From: Mobula hypostoma
Taxonomy: Eukaryota
Direction: 5' to 3'
DNA: 64,000 nucleotides
Assembly: GCF_963921235.1 (NCBI RefSeq)
Contig: NC_086108.1
Coordinates: forward strand, 69,256,001-69,320,000
Position 1 is the stretch's first letter, and each line of letters starts with the position of its first letter. The notes beneath the pieces were generated by a model, which was not told where the DNA came from, made no database searches, and saw only the letters and a list, made by a program, of their open reading frames with translations. Below are positions 63,571 to 64,000 of the stretch, in pieces. The translations under genes were made by a program, and so were the position numbers.

Positions 63571-64000
63571 ATAGAGCATTGAGTATAGGAGTTGGGATGT
63601 AATGTTGAAATTGTATAATGCATTGGTGAGGCCAAATTTGGAGTATTGTGTACAGTTCTGGTCACTAAATTATAGGAAAGATGTCAATAAAATTGAGAGA
63701 GTACAGAGGAGATTTACTAAAATGTTGCCTGGGTTTCATCTCCTAAGTTACAGAGAAAGGTTGAACAAGTTATGTCTTTATTCTTTGGAGCGTAGAAGGT
63801 TGAGGGGGGACTTGATAGAGGTATTTAAAATTATGAGGGGGATAGATAGAGTTGACGTGGATAGGCTTTTTCCATTGAGAGTGGGGGAGATTCAAACAAG
63901 AGGACATGAGTTGAGAGTTAAAGGGCAAAAGTTTAGGGGTAACATTAGGGGGAACTTCTTTAGTCAGAGGGTGGTAGCTGTGTGGAACGAGCTTTCAGCA
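63571..64000 (+). mobile_element. CR1-type LINE 3' region running off the window
   Basis: LVRPNLEYCVQFWS and RRLRGDLIEVFKIMRG. Confidence 0.9.

Overview
Vertebrate genomic DNA, inferred from its repeat families to be from an elasmobranch (shark or ray). No prokaryotic features are present. One host gene is visible on the + strand: the 3' part of a single-pass membrane protein with six phase-compatible exons (12849-12985, 24571-24708, 24849-24954, 35360-35399, 38598-38745, 43063-43823; about 442 aa). It encodes part of an ectodomain, one EGF-like domain, a transmembrane helix and a ~320-aa low-complexity cytoplasmic tail. I cannot name it, and its 5' exons were not found in this window. The rest is dominated by nested transposable elements: CR1, Rex1/Babar-like, L1, HERO-like, RTE and Penelope-like retroelements, SINEs, Tc1/mariner, pogo/Tigger, hAT, a Harbinger fossil and a Helitron. 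Most notable: (1) a compact Helitron whose only recognisable ORF is an intact STPR-like 23-aa-repeat protein; (2) minimal hammerhead ribozymes in Penelope-like ends; (3) a hAT element with a pogo DNA-binding region joined in frame to its transposase; (4) a HERO-like insertion flanked by a ~175-bp direct duplication. All family assignments come from motif recognition by eye, not from database searches.
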